Shown: positions 27,238 to 32,000 of the stretch, piece after piece
Position numbering within the stretch: the first letter of the stretch is position 1
Layout: each line of letters starts with the position of its first letter
Source of the DNA: Marinicrinis sediminis
GTDB taxonomy: Bacteria > Bacillota > Bacilli > Paenibacillales > KCTC-33676
Assembly (NCBI RefSeq): GCF_042685085.1
Contig: NZ_JBHUMM010000023.1
Coordinates: forward strand, 33,157-65,156
Direction of reading: 5' to 3'
Length of the DNA stretch: 32,000 nucleotides
Notes under the pieces: model-generated
What the model was told of the DNA's origin: nothing
The model's input: the letters and a program-made list of their open reading frames with translations, nothing else
Databases searched by the model: none
Program-made: the position numbers and the translations under genes

Positions 27238-28046
27238 CCCAGCGTCACCCCTTCCACGGTTTCAAACGGCCATACAGGTGGAGGTTCCCATGCTTCAGCC
27301 TGTTTGGACAGCGGCTTATACAAGGGAGTCCACATCTCGGTTTGTGCCGGATTCTTTTCTGTCATTTTTCCACTGATTCCCTCACGGGTTCTGGCCATAT
27401 AATGAAAGGTCTTCTCATTGAGCTGCACTGCTTCTGCCATGAAATCTTCAACGGGAGAAAGCAGCCATTGACTCTCTGTGAACCAATAGTGCCTTTCCTG
27501 GCCTTTCATATAATGATATCTTCTTGGAGAAGCGAGGAACCGCCAAGCTTCATAAATAGAAGGATAGTCTGAGTTTGAACAGGAGGTTTGCTGGTCCGCC
27601 AGGCTTGGAGATAGGCTTAGCCTCTCCTCTCCTCTGGCATTTCCGTTCGTTTGTGCCGCCTGATAAGTTCCGAAAGGCTGCCATCCCAGTAATCGCTTCA
27701 CTGGTCCCATTTTGTTATTTGCAAACGCCATTACGGCATCCAGTTTGGCTTCATCTCGTGCCCAATGCAAAGCGTGCTCCAACATGTCAGCTATAAATGG
27801 AAGGGTCGTCCTTTCCGGATGAAAGATCCCGTCCACAGCGAAGGCTACCCTTGCTTTCGGCTTGAAAGGCATTTCAATCATGGCATAGTGAGCATAGAGG
27901 ACCCCTTCTTCTTCGGCCACCCAGCTCATTTGGACCGGCGCCTGTTTCTTCCATTGAAACAAGGATGGATCAAACTGAAGTCCCCGTGCCTCATATAAGG
28001 TCCGAACTCCCTCTATATCATTTGGCATGTAGCTTCGTATCTGCAC
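27231..28046 (-). CDS. hypothetical protein, N-terminal half GNAT-like acyltransferase fold
   Basis: The 271-aa ORF has a GTG start 7 nt after GGAGGAG, located inside the 3' end of the LuxE-like gene (29-nt overlap). Residues 1-130 (IRSYMPNDIEGVRTLY...WVAEEEGVLYAHYAMIEMPF...FAVDGIFHPE...AFANNKMGPVKRLLGW) show GNAT-like beta/alpha spacing, but I see no clean Q/RxxGxG/A motif. I cannot assign the C-terminal half. Confidence 0.5.
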   Translation of the reverse strand: MQIRSYMPNDIEGVRTLYEARGLQFDPSLFQWKKQAPVQMSWVAEEEGVLYAHYAMIEMPFKPKARVAFAVDGIFHPERTTLPFIADMLEHALHWARDEAKLDAVMAFANNKMGPVKRLLGWQPFGTYQAAQTNGNARGEERLSLSPSLADQQTSCSNSDYPSIYEAWRFLASPRRYHYMKGQERHYWFTESQWLLSPVEDFMAEAVQLNEKTFHYMARTREGISGKMTEKNPAQTEMWTPLYKPLSKQAEAWEPPPVWPFETVEGVTLGW

Positions 28047-29154
28047 CCATTATCTCCTCCGCATACACATCCCCGCATCCGCGTGCCTCAGCCTTTGGCG
28101 CCCGGCCTTTAAATCGGAATGCTTTTCCCTTCCTTCCACATGGGCACTCATCGGTCCCCACCCATTCCCCGAGATCATCGGTCAGTACCGAAAAGTTAGG
28201 GGAAGAAAGCGGCAGCAACGAAATGAGCTGAATGAGTCCCGTTTCCCCGACTGGCAATGGTTTCAATGTGTGAGGGGCCCTGATGATGACATCAGCAAAG
28301 TAAGGAACATGTTTATTTCCTGCTGAACAATCCGGATACACGACGCCCGTTTGTTCTACTAATCCATAGAAATCAATGACCTGAGAAGGTTCAATGCCCC
28401 AAAACTGAGAGATTTGCTGGTTAAATGTTTCTTTGTGCACACGCATATGCTCCAGGCGTTTCCAGCCTCCGCTATGAATCAGAAACGTTTGGGAATCAAA
28501 GCCCTTCTGCGCCTCATACAATGTCATCAACTGCTCATGGGCCTGATGAAGCAGATAGGTAAATCCATAGGCGATGAATTGTCCCGCTTCTCTGGCTGCT
28601 TGCAGAGCCTGCTCGAATCGCTCTGGATTGAGTCTCAGCTCACCGTGTATGTCATCCATAACAAAATGAAATTCCGATGCATAACCCATTAAGGACATGA
28701 TCGCAGCTCCTCGAGCGGACATTACCTGCTTGCCACGTGCAGTTTGCATGGTATCAAAGATAATATAAGGTCTGCGTTCCACGCCTATATGATCATTCCA
28801 AATGGCCTGCAACGATTGACGTTGTCTGGCAGAGGTTCTCTCATCGATGAAAACCTGTGAGGGAACACCTGAGGAAGTGCTGCTGGACTGTACCGTCTTC
28901 ATTTTCACATCTTTATTCGCAGCGGTTTTTAATTCAAATTCCTTAAAGATGGATGTCGGCAGAAAAGGAAGGTCCGTCAATGCTGCATATTGTCCGTCTC
29001 GGGCCTGAGCCTCTACCAAATGACGGTACGGTTTGCAATGCTGGACATGCCACTGAAGCAAATGCCGAAATTCCTTCAACAGATAGGTTTCTTTCTCGGC
29101 CTGTTCCATTTCGTAAGGCCTGACTTGTTCCATCAAGCAATCATGTATAGACAT
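28018..29154 (-). CDS. LuxE-family acyl-protein synthetase (adenylate-forming)
   Basis: The ORF is collinear with Photorhabdus/Vibrio LuxE as I recall it. Shared stretches are LLKEFRHLLQWHVQHCKPYRHL, LPFLPTSIFKEF, SSSTSSGVPSQV, LIHSGGWKRL, HVPYFADVIIRAPHTLKPLPVGETGLIQLISL and SVLTDDLG. TAAATG junction to the upstream Fe-ADH-like gene. Confidence 0.85.
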   Translation of the reverse strand: MSIHDCLMEQVRPYEMEQAEKETYLLKEFRHLLQWHVQHCKPYRHLVEAQARDGQYAALTDLPFLPTSIFKEFELKTAANKDVKMKTVQSSSTSSGVPSQVFIDERTSARQRQSLQAIWNDHIGVERRPYIIFDTMQTARGKQVMSARGAAIMSLMGYASEFHFVMDDIHGELRLNPERFEQALQAAREAGQFIAYGFTYLLHQAHEQLMTLYEAQKGFDSQTFLIHSGGWKRLEHMRVHKETFNQQISQFWGIEPSQVIDFYGLVEQTGVVYPDCSAGNKHVPYFADVIIRAPHTLKPLPVGETGLIQLISLLPLSSPNFSVLTDDLGEWVGTDECPCGRKGKAFRFKGRAPKAEARGCGDVYAEEIMGADTKLHAK

Positions 29155-30255
29155 TTATATCTGATCCTCTCCGGTAAACCACCATGTCTGCAGCCATGTG
29201 TCTAGCTCTTGTCTGGATATGTACGCAGCATTTGTACGGAAGCATGGGTCCAATTGAATACGCTTGAGCATCTCCTCGCGATTCATTTGCATCTGATCAA
29301 CAGGCCGAAAGGTTCCGACTGTCTGCTTGGTTTTTTCCTCCAGCCAGGCTATCCCCTCTATGGCATCCTCAAATCCACACGCCTGCCAAATGGAATGAAA
29401 TTTCTCCTCCGCCTTCGTCATATGAAAGCGTGTCACGCTTGCGATGATTCGACCACATGCTTCTCCATGCCATTGCTTTCGATGTTCAACCTGATGCGCA
29501 AGGGCATGAATCAATCCCGCAGAAGCCACACTTTGCGCCTTTCCAGCCAGCACACTATTCCACTGTAAGTCCGAACTTGCCGATTGCTTACTTTCCGGAG
29601 CAGGTTCCAATCTTGTGCTGGTCAGTTTATCCACGTGTTCTTTGCAATTTCTGATAGCATCCAGTGACAATCGCTTGCTGGCCGGCGTAGCCAGAGGAGA
29701 CACATAGGACTCCAGTGCATGGGTGAATACATCCCATATCCCGTTCCACAATACCCGATCAGGAGCAGTTGCCACGATCTGCTCATCGAGCAGCACTTCA
29801 TTTGGCAGTAAAGAAGCATGATGCAGCGGAACTTTTTGACCATCAATGGTCAGTACAGCCGTCTCACTGACTTCGCTGCCGCTTCCTGCCGTACTTGGAA
29901 TGGCGGTTAACCGATACGGATGACTTTCATTATATGTGATCCATTTTCGCTTCCTTAACTGCGCCTTGCCCGCTTCATCCAAACGACCCAGTCTAACGGC
30001 CAGCTTGGCTAAATCAAGCACCTTGCCGCCGCCAAATGCTATGATCCATTTGCTTCGATTCTGGTACACCCATTCCTGAAGGGCTACCAAGGTGTCCCAA
30101 TCTGCAGAATCAACAAGAAAACAGGATCGTTTAGCTAATACTGGATATTGATGCTGTAAGGAAGGCGAGGTAATCCATATCGCTTCTTCTACTCTCATCA
30201 TTTCCACCACGACGTCTTTCACCTGGCGGATACGAGGCCATTGAATCATCGACAT
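29155..30255 (-). CDS. iron-containing (group III) alcohol dehydrogenase / DHQS-like oxidoreductase
   Basis: The ORF has WIIAFGGGKVLDLAKLAV (GGGSxxDxAK-type NAD site), PSTAGSGSEVS, DVFTHALESY and LIHALAHQVEH...HGEA (metal His cluster). The ATG at 30255 lies 9 nt after GGAGAGGAG and 4 nt after the ligase stop. The track start at 30369 is over-extended. Confidence 0.75.
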   Translation of the reverse strand: MSMIQWPRIRQVKDVVVEMMRVEEAIWITSPSLQHQYPVLAKRSCFLVDSADWDTLVALQEWVYQNRSKWIIAFGGGKVLDLAKLAVRLGRLDEAGKAQLRKRKWITYNESHPYRLTAIPSTAGSGSEVSETAVLTIDGQKVPLHHASLLPNEVLLDEQIVATAPDRVLWNGIWDVFTHALESYVSPLATPASKRLSLDAIRNCKEHVDKLTSTRLEPAPESKQSASSDLQWNSVLAGKAQSVASAGLIHALAHQVEHRKQWHGEACGRIIASVTRFHMTKAEEKFHSIWQACGFEDAIEGIAWLEEKTKQTVGTFRPVDQMQMNREEMLKRIQLDPCFRTNAAYISRQELDTWLQTWWFTGEDQI

Positions 30256-30259
30256 TTCT

Positions 30260-31720
30260 TTATTCTCCTCTCCATCGACTTCGAGCTTCGAGGCGTTTCG
30301 GTTTACCGCTGTCGGTAAGGGGGATGGCATCCCATGCTTGTATGGTTTTCGGAATTTTATATATTTCAAGCTGCTGTTTACAGTGTTTTTTCATTTCTAC
30401 TTCCAGCTTTGCTGTCCAGATTACGCCCTCTTTTAGGACAACTGCGGATACGACTTTCTCGTGTGTCATGTTGTCCGGGACAGCAAATACAATGCACGCC
30501 TGAATAAGAGGATGCATAAGCAGGACTTTCTCTACTTCCGCGGGTGCCACTTTTAAGCCATCTACGTTTATTTGCTCTTTCAATCTGCCGCTCACGTACA
30601 AGAAACCGTCTTCATCCATCCATCCAATATCCCCTGTCGCAAACCAACCATCTGAGAGAAAGCTGTCTGCATGATTCAGGTAGCCCATCATGAGATTGCG
30701 TCCGTTCACCTGTATTTCAGAGGTTGTCGCATCCAGTCGAACGGCAACTCCCTCGGGTGCCTGGCCTGCGCTCGACAGCTTGTCAGGAAAATCCCTGTAG
30801 GAGATATAGGTGGTTCGGCTCGCCTCTGTCAGACCGTAGTACATATAGATCCGGGTATGAGGCAATACCTCCAACAGCTCCTGTACAACTTCTTCCTCGA
30901 TCGGCGCGGTATTAATGATGATGTAGGACAAATGACGGCAGGTTTCTATAAATTCCTGTTTATACATAGACAGCAGCACTTTAATCAAGGCTGGTGTTGC
31001 AGGCATACCTGTGGCCCGCATGTTTTTAATCCGTTGAAGCATATGCGAGATATGTTGGGCAGATTCGTGGAGTATGATCTGCGCACCGAGCAACACATAG
31101 CTGTGAATGTGACCTAATCCAAACGAATGGGTCAGCCTTAACACGGTCAATTCCCGATCATCTCTGTTCATGCCAGACCACTCAATGATTCTCTCAGCTG
31201 TGAACAGGATGGAAGAATGGGAAAGCATCACCCCTTTAGGAGCTCCGGTTGTGCCACTGGTATACATAATTAGAGCGGGGTGATTCTGGTTGTCTCCCTC
31301 CTGAGTTGATGCATCTTCATCCCATGAAATATCCCTGTATACTTTATTGGAAGGAAAAACAGCTGTGGAGACTGCTGAATCTTCAACAAGTTGCTTTCTT
31401 GCGCTGTGCAAAATCAATTTGGGCTGCGCATCTGCCACGATTTGCACCAAAACGCGTGGTCGGCAATCGAGATCTACTGGAATCACGGTAAGACCTAAAC
31501 ACCAGCTTGCAAAATACGCAAGGAGATACTCCAACTCATTTCCAAAACATAACACTACCCTGTCTCCGCGTGACAAGCTAAATGTCTGTTTCAGATAGGT
31601 CGCTGCACGCCGCACTTCATCGCTGAACTGCCCATAGCTGATGTCTTCTCCCTCAAGCGCAATGAAAGGGGCATCCGGCTGATTCTGTGCCTGTTCCACC
31701 AGCTTGTGCCAAATGGTCAT
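30260..31720 (-). CDS. ANL-superfamily adenylate-forming ligase (acyl/aminoacyl-carrier-protein ligase type)
   Basis: The 486-aa ORF has IMYTSGTTGAPKGVMLSH (A3), YYGLTE (A5), WFATGDIG (A7), GRLKEQINVDGLKVAPAEVE (A8) and PLTDSGKPKR (A10 Lys). Its start overlaps the ACP stop (TAATG). Confidence 0.9.
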   Translation of the reverse strand: MTIWHKLVEQAQNQPDAPFIALEGEDISYGQFSDEVRRAATYLKQTFSLSRGDRVVLCFGNELEYLLAYFASWCLGLTVIPVDLDCRPRVLVQIVADAQPKLILHSARKQLVEDSAVSTAVFPSNKVYRDISWDEDASTQEGDNQNHPALIMYTSGTTGAPKGVMLSHSSILFTAERIIEWSGMNRDDRELTVLRLTHSFGLGHIHSYVLLGAQIILHESAQHISHMLQRIKNMRATGMPATPALIKVLLSMYKQEFIETCRHLSYIIINTAPIEEEVVQELLEVLPHTRIYMYYGLTEASRTTYISYRDFPDKLSSAGQAPEGVAVRLDATTSEIQVNGRNLMMGYLNHADSFLSDGWFATGDIGWMDEDGFLYVSGRLKEQINVDGLKVAPAEVEKVLLMHPLIQACIVFAVPDNMTHEKVVSAVVLKEGVIWTAKLEVEMKKHCKQQLEIYKIPKTIQAWDAIPLTDSGKPKRLEARSRWRGE

Positions 31721-31968
31721 TAGATCTCCACACCTTTGGAGCGTAGGTACGCTTTGATATCCCCAATAGTGTGTATGCGAGTCACTTCTTCTACACTCAT
31801 ATGATGATGAAAGGTCTGATGAAGTGCAACCGCCATGGAAACGGTGGCCAGACTATCCCAACCTTCAATTTCCTCGGGACCATTGTCGTCCTTGTATTCT
31901 TCTTCTTCCATTAGAAATATATCCATTAAAAGCTGCTTAAGCTGTTCATCGGCTGTCAACTTGTCCAT
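31720..31968 (-). CDS. acyl carrier protein (stand-alone, DltC-like size)
   Basis: The 82-aa ORF has IEGWDSLATVSMAVAL, the DSL phosphopantetheine-attachment serine at the start of helix 2. The SD AGGAGGAAAGG lies 5 nt upstream. Confidence 0.85.
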   Translation of the reverse strand: MDKLTADEQLKQLLMDIFLMEEEEYKDDNGPEEIEGWDSLATVSMAVALHQTFHHHMSVEEVTRIHTIGDIKAYLRSKGVEI

Positions 31969-32000
31969 TTATTCCTTTCCTCCTGTAAGACCATATGGTT
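31969..32000 (-). CDS. 3' end of a further upstream gene of the operon (only ~10 codons visible)
   Basis: One minus-strand frame is open from the window edge (...PYGLTGGKE) and ends at the TAA at 31971-31969, immediately abutting the ACP ATG (TAAATG). This is the same coupling style as the rest of the operon. It is too short to identify. Confidence 0.25.
   Translation of the reverse strand, partial: PYGLTGGKE

Noticed and set aside
25966-29154. luxC/luxE homologues as evidence of a bioluminescence (lux) operon
   Set aside because: No luxA, luxB or luxD genes are present in the window. The genes are translationally coupled to sugar-nucleotide enzymes instead, and the Firmicute context makes light production implausible.

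Overview
Chromosomal segment of a Firmicute. Gene order and protein sequences look Bacillales or Paenibacillus-like, which is inference only. Nearly all genes are on the minus strand. In transcription order, from the right edge to the left, the window holds eight blocks. (1) A tightly coupled glycan operon of at least 13 genes (beyond 32000 down to 18581). It joins a pseudaminic-acid-type nonulosonic acid pathway (PseC, PseI and PseG homologues, a cytidylyltransferase, an SDR, a formyltransferase and an aminopeptidase-like protein) to an ACP / ANL-ligase / Fe-ADH / LuxE / GNAT-like / LuxC module with no luciferase genes. This is the most interesting system here. (2) Five co-oriented DnaA boxes within 97 bp, far from any dnaA or dnaN gene. 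(3) A cold-shock gene. (4) An AT-rich islet encoding a secreted Kelch-propeller/Fn3 protein. (5) hpf-secA-prfB, where prfB carries the classical +1 frameshift that the ORF track misses. (6) A YitT-family membrane protein. (7) A complete argCJBDFGH cluster with a strong sigma-A promoter. (8) A divergent TetR / MMPL pair, with the MMPL gene truncated by the window edge and absent from the ORF track. I saw no rRNA, tRNA, CRISPR array, transposase or integrase. Many ORF-track starts are over-extended, and I re-set them using Shine-Dalgarno (SD) position and homologue N-termini recalled from memory.
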